Shown here in pieces: positions 12,997 to 26,168 of a stretch of 64,000 nucleotides of DNA. Every line of letters starts with the position of its first letter. Within the stretch, counting starts at the first letter, position 1. A program made the translations under genes and the position numbers. Below the pieces are notes generated by a model, which was given only the letters and a program-made list of their open reading frames with translations, searched no databases and was not told where the DNA came from. This DNA is from Eledone cirrhosa. Taxonomy: Eukaryota. The stretch lies in NCBI GenBank assembly GCA_964016885.1, contig OZ024740.1, positions 374,418,001-374,482,000 of the forward strand, given 5' to 3'.

Positions 12997-14119
12997 ATAT
13001 ATATATATATATATATAAATGCGTGTGTGTATGTTTATATATATATACAAAATAGAGAGAGAGGTATGTTAAGGGGATGGAATTGTGTATTGAGTACAAG
13101 GGAATCTTTTTTTTTCTGTTTCAAGTCTGAGAAGAGTACCATTTGAGAAAACACATTTCCAATTTAGAGTTTATATTAACTTTCAGAACACCTTTTTTAA
13201 ATATAGAAGCTCGGTCACAGAAATAGCTGGAAAGTACATATAGGAATAGCAGCCAGTAGATAAATAGAATGGATAGTTAGATATAAAGGCAGATAAAAAT
13301 ATAGATAGATAAATAGATAGATAGAAAAATACATACATACAGTCATACATAAATACATACATGAATACATACATGATGGCTGCAAACTCTGCTAATAGTA
13401 TTGTAATCGCTTTATGCTACGGCGTAAAACACGAATCTGTAACAAAACCTGAACAAGCAATGCTTGTGCTTTGAAGGTTTTTTGTTTATTTGGTCTACAA
13501 ATCCCACTTTCTGAGCATCGAAAACACTATCCGAAACGGAGTACAGTTGAACAACATAGGATACTTCCGAAGGCGCGGGTTTTATTTTTTTCGGAGTTTG
13601 ACTCTCTCAGAAAGGCGTTTTAACAACAACTGGGGGCCTTTCAATCGCAGGTGAAAAAAAAAAGGAAAAGTACTATTTAGATGGCCGTTGACTTTGCTGA
13701 GTTCCTCAACCTCTTGTCGCGTCTTGTATTTCATTCTGCTTGGTTTCCAAATATCTCCCTCCTCGGCAATCAAGCTTGTTGGTTTGCCGGTTTAGTGACC
13801 AACGACCCAATCATGAAATAGGTTGCACTGAGTTACGTGTTACCAGGAGCACTCGACAGCGACATGACATACATACATACATACATACATACATACATAG
13901 ATACATACATATGTAGAGAAATGGAATCGGAATGTAATGCATTCATCAAAGAAAATATACACGAAATAACTGTAATTAACTTAAGTAAATCTAAAAAAAT
14001 AACTAACGATGGTTGGAGTCACAAACGAAAGTGTCAAAATAAGTAAAACATTCAAGCAACTTAACATAATATTCTGTAATAAATTAAAAATTAAATTGTA
14101 TGCATACATACACACACAC

Positions 14120-14177
<58 letters not shown>

Positions 14178-14526
14178 GGAGGGTCATATTGTTGTAATAA
14201 TATTGCAAGAATTAGTAACAGAACACACTCACTGTTTGGTTGGTTTTCGCTACTGTATCTTTCATATCAGTTAATTTATTCGGTCCTCAATATTTACCAC
14301 TGACTGACCAACGGTCAAAAATACAGATATAATATAGATATAAACACATATATATTGTCTAAAAAGTTCTTTCGTTGCAAAACTGCAACATCGTCAGTGG
14401 TGCTATTATATTCCTCCTGTTGTATTGTATATTTACGCCATCTTTATTTAATCTGTATAACAAAATTTGTTTCGACACACGATTTCATATCAAAAACTAC
14501 GCAAAACAAATATATATACATATATG

Positions 14527-16005
<1,479 letters not shown>

Positions 16006-18893
16006 TATATATATATATATTCACACACATAACCGCACACACATCCACAAAAAGATTCACGCACATTCGCAATTGTATATATGTATAAATAAATATCATA
16101 TTTATATATATATTTATAAATATCAAGAGAGGGTAGACACGAAAATGCGTGAGGAGAGTGCACCATGTAAAATACATTAGCCGTAGTACTAACATACCAC
16201 CTGTCACAGCAGGAGTGTATATAGAAGCGTATGCGAAATATTCATGTATGGTAAACATACGAGTCTCACCGTGAGTATTTAAAGTTGTGTGATCATAAGA
16301 CATTAAATAGTTCATAGTGAATCTCTTCTATATATATTTTATACACACATATATGTTATCCTTTCATGTGCACCTTTATCATGTATAGAGAAAGATTCCT
16401 CTGGATATGGTGAATGGTGATATACATTTTATTCACATGAGATTCTCCACTCAATTCTAAGGCAGAGTTTTGTGTTCAAATGGGGAGAAAAACGGAACTG
16501 AAACATGCCCTATATTTGGATCTTATGTTAGTATTTTATAACATTTTAAAGCAACTGGCATCGTTCAATCGCATTAGATCTCTTCTATGAGGGAATATGG
16601 CTAACATATAGCGGTCAAATATACGTAGGGGTGACAAAAACATTATGCACCTCTGATGTGGCAAAAATGTCAAGGTGCATGATGTATATGGTCTCGAAGA
16701 TTGAGTATAGCTTTTCTGAAAAAGAAAATCAAATTTACATTACGTTTGCTCAGATGTCCTAGAATATCTAATAATAATGTCATATGCCTGTTTCTGTCAC
16801 TTAACGGCAAGACCACATGCACTATATTATCTAAAAATATTCAAATAATTGGTGCAAGTCAGGCTATAAGAGTTCTCAGTTTAGCTAGCCTCTCTTTATT
16901 TGATACTCAGCCAGCAGCAGAAGGGTATTCTTTTACGAAGTATGACAGTGCCTCACTTTCACGATGAACCGGTAATAAGACGAGCTATCACAAACAAGAA
17001 GACACTATGCACACGATATGTTTGTACATTCCCAGCGTTCTCTCGAACAACTTTAGATTTATTTGCAAACAGCAACCTATATGTAATTCAAATGGATATC
17101 GATGGAACAGATCACATCTGTCGGGAATGTTTGTAATAGAAAAGATTTATGCTCATACATTTTTGAGCAATTAATAGTGCACAGAACCACAAAAAAATTG
17201 CTTCATGTGTAATATATTGTTACATATTTTGAGCAGTCTCAGTTGGGGAAACGGATAATTTGACATCAGAATTTCGAGGAACGGGACATAATAGCAAAAT
17301 ACATTTTGATTCTGCGCCTTGGTGATTCTGGTAATCACCCAACCATTGACTAACTAATATCATAAATAGAAAAAAATAAATTGGCCTGTACTTAATTTTA
17401 ATTCAAGAACAGCAAATCCATAAACTATAAAAAATAAATCATTGCAGATAATTAAACTCTTTGGCGAATCTCTGGTTTCATAAGGAAGCTAAACAGAGGA
17501 ATAATGTTATATGTCACACATTACGTCTGTCTCTAACAAACGAGGCGTCAGACAATCAGTTAAGAGTTAAAATTGCCCATTATTCTCTGAAATTTCGTCA
17601 CACTATAGTTTCTTTTATTCAGTTGACTTCCTTCTGTGAAAGCACATCAGTATACGGCTACAACTTATAGATTCCAACTTGTATTACTATGCGCAGGTGA
17701 GACGACTAGCTGTTATTTGTTGCCAATACAGAAAGCTCTGTAGATAGAATTCAATGTTTTTTTTTCCTACGACCATCACTAATCTGCATGAAATAAGCTG
17801 ACACATGATGAAAAAAACTAAAACAGGTTTCCTCTGAAATAAAGACAGATAATGGAACAGATACACAGAAAAGTCATGGAGGCTTTATTAGCCTGGACCG
17901 AGTTTTAGCCACTCGCCATAATTAAGTAAAAACATATAGCATCCTTGTTTTATATTCCCCCGGACAATATTCAATAACAATGCTTTTATTCATAAAATGA
18001 TTCAGTACTGTATAGGCTGAAACAATGATGTACTATTCAATGTGTTACAAAAGACGATTACGCATCAGCCAATGTAAATTAATCATGTGTATTACGGATG
18101 TAGACATTGTCATAATATAGAGGTTAGAAAATATGTTGTCTTACATGGCAATTTCTTTCAATGCAGTTTATGTTCATACGACACAGCTGAGTTCAGCTGT
18201 ATCATAAGAGGAAATTTTTCTTCTGAATGCATTACATGTCAATTTAACTACTGATCTACAGACCAATTCTAGAAAATTTCCATGATGCATAATTTTGTTT
18301 TCTGAATTATGGTTGAGGCCCAACCAAAATTGTCAACTTTCATTATCGTGCTATTTTTCTGGAAAGAAAAAAAAAAACTTAATTTGTAACACCAAACTCA
18401 CTGTCTTGGTTCGGTATTCGGCTCAAATCTTACCTACTCTCAGGAATGTTGAGTAATGTCTTTCAAACAAAGATAAATTCTTTTACGTTCAGTCTTAAGT
18501 TTACATCTTATTATCAATCTTCTTGTCACATTTTCTGAAATCTGTTAACTGGCAAAATTCCACAACATTTTTGAAACTTAATTACTGACTAGCCAGTTAT
18601 GACTGACATCAGATTTTCCCTTCAAAACACAAGTTAGGTGTAAAACCAAACTCACTGTCTTGGTTCGGTATTCGGCTCAAATCTTACCTACTGTCAGGAA
18701 TGTTGAGTAATGTCTTTAAGAATAAGATCACCAATACAAACCGGATCAATTGGAAAAGGTTTTTTCTACCAGGACTCACCTGCGTATCTGAGGACTCTTC
18801 CCCCATAACATTCCTAGGAATAAGTGGGCGTTGTATTAGTTGTAGAAGAAACATAAGAAGGAGCGGGGAGGAGGATGAGGGCGATGAGGTGGA

Positions 18894-19035
18894 GAAGAAG
18901 AAGAAGAAGAAGAAGAAGAAGAAGAAGAAGAAGAAGAAGAAGAAGAAGAAGAAGAAGAAGAAGAAGAAGAAGAAGAAGAAGAAGAAGAAGAAGAAGAAGA
19001 AGAAGAAGAAGAAGAAGAAGAAGAAGAAGAAGAAG

Positions 19036-19065
<30 letters not shown>
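18894..19065. repeat. (GAA)n microsatellite
   Basis: About 57 perfect GAA units; source of the spurious poly-K and poly-R ORFs. Confidence 0.98.
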
Positions 19066-19066
<1 letters not shown>

Positions 19067-20890
19067 TACATAGAAAATGCTATTAAAATATCAATTTATT
19101 AGGTTTCAATAAGTCTATGCTGCAGTTGTATATTAAATTTATTCAACTGGTTGTTTATAAAGATAACCAAAATATTTCAAATTTGTATTCCCTGTAAAAT
19201 CACTTTACCTTATTTCAAATATATTTTTATTTTGATCATTTGTTTTGTTATCTCATAATGTTCTATAATCTAATATTTATTCTGATGCATTTTTTATCAC
19301 ATAACTTCAATTTGATGCCATGTTTTATATTTATCTCTATATACGCCGGAACTGGTACATAGTATGTTGTTTACATTCTTATCTAATTGAATATTTAATT
19401 CATTTTAATCCACTTTTTGACGCCTTATAATCTTTCCTTTTCCAGCTTATATTCCACTGTATTCCATTTCGCATACTGCCCTATTCCATCAAGTAAAATA
19501 TTACTTGTTTTATTAATATATTTTCGATTTTTGAGATATTCCTTTATATAAGGACTTGTAACTTCCAAACATATCTGTTGTTAATATGGAACAATCCAGT
19601 GAGAACTGTTCATATTATTTAAATTTTACTATATGAAGATTTACAACTTGTGAACTTTTTTTGCCAGAATAGAAGCAATCGCAGCCCTTTACTATCTACA
19701 CGTTCTGGATTTGCTTATCATATTTGTATTTGTCTAATTTTCCGCAGAATTACTCATCAAACTTTGCCCTTGTTTTACGTCAAAAACTGCCTACACAAAT
19801 AAATTTATGTTTACTTTACTAGTACTACGCACTAACATACATCATATTGTTCTCAGTAACAAATTGGAGATTGGAAATTCAAATTTAAACTTTGCCGTTC
19901 AGAGAAAAGTTGCATTATTTGGGTACTGTGTGATGCTAAAGGTAAACATACCATTTGGATTTCTATTTACAATTAGAGTTACAGGGTGTTTTTTCTGAAA
20001 AACGGCTTTTGGACTATTCCTTATAAATTTATAATGAGCATGGATTTAGTTTCTACATTCAATTAATTTTAATGAAAATAATTAAATATAAATTTTTAAA
20101 ATGCCCTTTAAACGACGAAATATCTAAATTGTTTTAAACTAAAAAAATATTCTTTATAAGTTCTGCTAAAACCGTTCAACCATTATTTTCTTGTGTCCCC
20201 TGAAATCCGTTACTAACGAATTTTAAACAGTCTCATATTTTCATAAAACTGTAGACTAATCCCTATTATCACGCATATATTAAACTTTCCAGATGACCAC
20301 AAATCGTTCACCTATCAGCTTCCTTCAATATGATTAAACTTCCTTATACATCCTCCCGTTAATTGCATTTTGAACACAATGCCATTTTCAGCCTTTTTCT
20401 TGGTTATTTACATCATTAGAGCTAGTGTTTCAAAATAACTCAAACGCCGTATTTGATGAAATGTCGAAGTCTCTGTTACAATAAACATTTAAAATATAAC
20501 ACTGGTTCATGTATTGATTTCTTTATTCGGGCCAATGAAGGGAACTCTAACTTTTATATGTAGACATGAAACGAGAAACCTTATATTCATAAAATGTTTC
20601 TGTATTGGCTATTTTAATTCACTAAGACAAAGGCGTACTTTGAACACCTCTTTGACTTTCGGGGACTCCAAAGCTAGAAGATAGATGTAAATTATAATTG
20701 GAACGTAGAATATTCTTCCGAAATCTGTACAAAAACACAAAACTCCCACATAGAGGTCTGGGACCAGCATTGGATTAAATATTACAAACTTATTAATACA
20801 TTGGATGATTTAATCATCTTTATTCTATTTCGAAGCTAAAGATGTGGAATGTTTTAATTATAAATAGAAAACAATAATAAATATAATAAT

Positions 20891-20920
20891 GATTTCTTTA
20901 TTGGCCACAAGGGCTGACCA
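20891..20920 (-). mobile_element. 30-nt 5'-truncated Tx1-like insertion with an 18-bp TSD
   Basis: The minus strand TGGTCAGCCCTTGTGGCCAATAAAGAAATC resembles the 3' ends at 25915 and 38474. AATAATAAATATAATAAT flanks it at 20873-20890 and 20921-20938. Confidence 0.8.
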
Positions 20921-20974
20921 AATAATAAATATAATAATATCAATATTATTATAATACTTATTGTCTATAATAAC

Positions 20975-21027
<53 letters not shown>

Positions 21028-24000
21028 GGGAAGAAGACGCACGAGGTGACGGAGGTCATGAAATCGCTCCCGTAAGTTTTGAATTTTTAACATATTTAAA
21101 TCATTTGTGAAATAACAACTCTTAGTACAAATGCTACGTAAAGCACCCGGCTTGAGCCCCAAAAGATTCGGACCCAAAATATATTGTTATAAGGCTCAAA
21201 TATTCAAATATTCAACTTTGTATTGTACACTGTATATCCCCAAAAAAATGGCTATAAATGGAAGAAGAAGAACCCCCCCCCCTCCTCTCCTCTGGCTACA
21301 CTATATAGGACAGCTAAACTCACCAACACCAGAAACTAGATACACCGCCCACCCCATCATCTGTGTACACTAAACACAACAGCATTTTCACCTTCACCGC
21401 CACCGCTCACTACGGCCATCATTACCACCACTATCCCATCACCGCCGCCACCACCCCTTGACTCCTTCACTGCTGCTGCCACCGCTACAGCACCATCACT
21501 ACAGTAATACGGCTCAAATATTCAAATATTCAACTTTGTATTGTACACTGTATAGCCAAAAAAAAAAAAATAAAATGGCTATAAATGGAAGAAGAAGAAC
21601 CCCCCCCCCCTCCTCTCCTCTGGCTACACTATATAGGACAGCGAAACTCACCAACACCAGAAACTAGATACACCACCCACCCCATCATCTGTGTACACTA
21701 AACACAACAGCATTTTCACCTTCACCGCCACCGCTCACTACGGCCATCATTACCACCACTATCCCATCACCGCCGCCACCACCCCCTGACTCCTTCACTG
21801 CTGCTGCCACCGCTACAGCACCATCACTACAGTAATACGGTCGCATCACCGCCACCACTGCCTCGGTATCGACATCACCGCCACCACTGATCAGTATCGC
21901 CAACGCCGCTAGTCTCTGCTGGCTACCACTTCCACATTATAGAATTCCTACTACTAACAAAGAGGAAGGCATCAAAATATATAGATAGACTCAAAAGAAA
22001 AAAGAAAAAACAAACAACAAAAGCAGCACAGCAACAACAGTAAAAAACGAGAAAAACAGAGAAAAACAAAAACAAAAAAAGAAACCCCAAAAACGTAAAG
22101 AAAATAAGAATGAAGAGAGAAGCAGGCGGACGGACAGAGAAGAGGGGGGAAAAAGTAAAACTTAAAAAACAAAAACTAAGTCAGACATTCGAATACTACA
22201 TTACAATGAAACTTATGCTTATTCATTTTTGGGGCCCTTTCTGCCCGTGTGTTTGTTTGTTTATGTGTGTCCGTATACAGCGTGGTGATAATGCCACACA
22301 AGGGCCAAGTGGGATGGCGGATCCACAGATGGCTATGTAAACATACATTCGCCAATCCTCGATAAGAGTGTTTAAATATCGAACATAAACAGTTCGAATA
22401 ACGGTGAAATGGAGACTAGAACGTCATGTGACAGACTCTCACCCAACAGGTGCCCCCTGGCTCAGCAGCAGGAACCTGACTGTCAACGAAATACTGCTGA
22501 TGTTGGAGGAAGAAGAAGAAGGAAAGGGGCCAGAACCAACTGGACGAAAGAATTGAATAGAACTGTTATGCAATGCTACCTGAAAAGTAACCACAAGGAG
22601 AGGGGCTACAGGAGACGGATGCATAACATCTGGAACGAGATTGGTTTATTTAAATTAGATGAACAAAAATTGGCCGGGCAGGCTCGGGTAATAAGAACTA
22701 ATGGGTGGATAAGCGAGCTGGAACTGGAGGAACTGAGCAGAGAGAATGGCTTGGAGATGGCGGGTGTAGTATGCCAGACAAGCGAGCCGGCGGGAAATGA
22801 AGGTGAGGAGGTCCTGAGAGCGGAGGAACCACCCGAAGCAGACAATGATCTGAATACTGAGATAAATAATACCTGGAACAGAGATACGGCCACTGAGGAG
22901 ATGAATGCTGACGGGCTAGGACAAGATTCGGTTGACATCCTAAATTTAGTGGTAGATGAGTTGAACAATGATAGTGGGAGACCTATGAACCTAAGATTTG
23001 TAGACAGGAAAAAGTTAAAAGAAACAACAGCTAAGGTAAACAAAGTCATCCCATACCTTGAGGCGAGGAGTCTTCACCAGTGCAACAATATCCTCAAAGC
23101 AACAGCAAATACGGTGAGGAAACTACTTGGTATAAAAGCGAGAGGAAACAACAGACAAGAAAGAGCAGAGCCGTGGTGGAAGAAGCGACTGAGTGGGCAA
23201 ATCGGGGAAATGAGAAATGACATAGGAAAGTTTGAGTCACTACTGAATGGGACACTAAAAAACATAGGCACTAAAAATAGACTGGAAATAAAATACAAAA
23301 CTAGGAGTAAAAAGCTAAATATTATCATAGAGGAATTGAAGCAACGCATTGTAGCAAAGAGTGCCAAAATCAGGCGATACGAGAACAGAGTCAGTCAGTA
23401 TAAACAGAACCGCATGTTCGACAACAACCAGAAGATGCTGTTTGGACAGCTTGAGGGGAAAGAAAGAGGCACCGACTTGATCCCTGGGGCGGAACAAGCT
23501 AAAACATTCTGGAGAGGAATATGGGAGCAGGATGTTAGACACAATGCCCAGGCAGGGTGGATTGAGACAGTACAGAGGGAGATCGGTGAGCAGGCACAGC
23601 AACAGACTGATTTGAGTATCACAGTTGAAACTCTTAAGGGGCAAGCCAAAAAACTAACCAACTGGAAATCACCAGGCCCAGATGGTGTGCAGGGGTATTG
23701 GATTAAACATTTAACATCCCTCCACCCGAAGCTGACGGCCATGTTCAATGACTGCTTGGTGTCGGGTGAGGTGCCAGAGTGGTTGACAAAAGGTTCCACA
23801 GTTCTGATAATGAAAGACCGAATCAAGGGTAATGATGTTACCAACTATAGACCTATCACATGTCTGCCCGTAATGTGGAAACTGTTGACGAGCATTGTGT
23901 CTGAGGAAATCTACCATCACCTCCACACAAACAACTTGTTGCCGGACGAACAGAAAGGATGCCGAAAGAAGTCACGTGGTACAAAGGACCAGTTGCTTAT

Positions 24001-25875
24001 TGATAAGATGGTAATGGGGAATTGCAGGAGGAGACACACTGATCTTGCCATGGGATGGATAGACTACAGAAAGGCATTTGACATGGTGCCTCATTCCTGG
24101 ATCACCAAAAGCCTGGAGATCTTCAGGGTGGCAGATAACATCAGACAGTTGCTGGGCAGGAGTATGGGGTCCTGGGAGACAGAGTTGACATCAACTGGAG
24201 TATCCTTGGGAAGCGTGAAGATCAAGAGAGGTATCTTCCAGGGAGATAGCCTGTCCCCTCTGTTGTTTGTCCTTGCCCTGATGCCCTTGACCATTATGCT
24301 GCGAAAAGTGAGAGCAGGATACAAGTTGGGAAGGGGAGAGCTTACCATCAATCACCTCCTCTTCATGGACGATCTTAAGCTCTTCGGGAAAAGTGAGAAG
24401 GAGTTGGATGTGCTTGTTGACACTGTCCGTATTTTCAGCAGTGATATATGTATGCAGTTTGGTATTGGTAAATGTGGAGTCATTGTGATGAGGAGGGGTA
24501 GGTTGAGCAGAAGTAACGGGATCCAGATACCAACAGGTGAGATGATAAAGGAAATTGACTCTGAGGAAGGATACAAGTATTTGGGCGTTCTGGAGGCTGA
24601 TGGCATAAAGAACAAAAAAATGAAGGAATTGTTAAGAACTGAATACATTCGGAGAGTAAGGAGCGTATTGAAGTCACATCTGAACAGCAGAAATGCCATA
24701 AGCGCAGTAAATTCCCGAGCTGTGTCTATTATTAGGTACAGTGCGGGAATTCTGAGATGGAATGTTGCTGAACAAAAAGAAATGGATAGGAAGACTAGGA
24801 AGCTATTGACTATCTACAACATGTTCCACAAGAGGAGTGATGTCGATAGACTCTACCTAAGGAGATCTGAGGGTGGAAGAGGTCTTATCAGCATAGAGGA
24901 CTGTGTTCAGATGGAGAAAAACAACCTATACAAATACGTGACCTATAGTAAGGAGCCAATGCTCAGAGCTGTACTGAAGGAGGGGACAGTAGGCCAGGGG
25001 ATACCCAAGGAGGAAATAACATCAAGGAGGAAGAGCAGCCTTAAGGGAAAATCCCTTCATAGTACCTTCTTTGAGAAAACTGAATTTAGAGATCCATAGA
25101 CATGGAACTGGTTGAGAAGAGGAGACCTCAAAAAGGCTACAGAAGGAATGCTAATGGCTGCACAGGAGCAGGCCCTCAAAACGAAGTGGTTGAAGCACCA
25201 TATCTACAAGGAGGAGGCTAGCCCACTGTGCAGGATCTGTGGAGAGAGAGAGGAGACTGTGGCTCACATTGTGTCCGAGTGTAAACACCTAGCCCAGACC
25301 CACTATAAGGGCTGGAGACACGATGTGATGGGCAGGGTGATCCACTGGCACCTGTGCAAAGTAAACAATCTACCACATTCTGAGAAATGGTATGAGCATA
25401 GGCCAGAGGCGGTGATGGAGAACAGTCAGGTGAAGGTGCTGTGGGATTTTAGGATACAGACGGACAAAAAACTGGAACACAATAGACCTGACCTGGTGGT
25501 TGTGGACAAAGAAAAAAGATCGTGCCTGATTGTGGATGTGGCCTGCCCGTTCGACACGAGAGTGCAAGAGAAGGAGAGGGAGAAAATTAACCGATACCAG
25601 GACCTAAAGTGGGAGGTGAAAAGGATTTGGAACTGCCATGAAGTCAAAGTGATCCCGATTGTCATAGGCGCACTGGGGACTATCTCCAAAGGTTTCCAGG
25701 GATGGTTAAAGAAAATCGGCCCCTTCACGCTTTTTGGAACGCTTCAAAAGGCATGCTTGCTTGGAACGGCAAGAACCCTCCGATACGTCCTGAATATCTG
25801 AGGCTGCAGGTAGTGGCTTGATATTCAATCCAACGGACTTTCCAGTTGACCAACATCAATGACTGAGATTCAAGG
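21028..25875 (+). mobile_element. R4/Dong-like RLE non-LTR retrotransposon, family A (A1 subfamily), full-length, young
   Basis: (TAA)n on both flanks, a 1.4-kb leader with the same 5' start as the copy ending at 6961, a single long ORF and a 75-nt 3' UTR. Confidence 0.95.
22409..25801 (+). pseudogene. Family A polyprotein (Myb-like N-terminus, RT, CCHC, RLE; 1130 codons) with one premature stop at 25097-25099
   Basis: ORFs 22409-25099 and 25112-25801 are in the same frame, and the TAG corresponds to CAG in the 45-48 kb copy. Motifs: YRPITCL, DYRKAFD, QGDSLSP, FMDD, CRIC-x8-H-x4-C, RHD, RPD, D-VACP, EKINRY. Confidence 0.93.
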
Positions 25876-26168
25876 AATAACAATAACAATAATAATAATA
25901 ATAATAATAATAATGTTTTCTTTATTAACCACAAGGGTTTACATAAAGTAGACATTAAGGACAGTACAGGACAATACAGGACAATACAGGACGGTACAAA
26001 TGGGCATTTCTGCGTGTAAAAAAAACAGCGGATGAAATAAAATAACAAAGAAAAATTCCCCAATAGGGGGGAGACTTCCGATGGACATTTGTGGAGAAAG
26101 CCCATTAAAAGACCACAGTGGCCCTGACCACCAGGGCAAGTGCCCTCTCCCAGTTTTCCACCTTCAAT

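Noticed and set aside
16400-20800. Multi-exon host gene between the two arrays
   Set aside because: There are scattered splice-like sites, but the frames contain stops and no recognisable domain; only the 80-bp duplication is kept as a weak finding.
22110-22340. 76-aa upstream ORF present in both A1 copies (also 44790-45020)
   Set aside because: It is not conserved in the A2 subfamily and lies in low-complexity leader sequence, so it is not supported as a true ORF1.
22340-22410. HDV-like ribozyme around ATCCTCG in the family A 5' UTR
   Set aside because: The motif resembles the L3 loop, but I could not build P1, P2, P3 and P1.1 around it.
25097-25099. Programmed stop read-through between the RT and RLE regions
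   Set aside because: The other plus-strand A copies (about 37634, 47776 and 48689) have CAG here, so it is a copy-specific nonsense mutation or a sequencing error.
22439-25728. Antisense ORFs that recur in every family A copy
   Set aside because: They recur only because the copies are near-identical; they are shadows of the sense ORF and carry no motifs.
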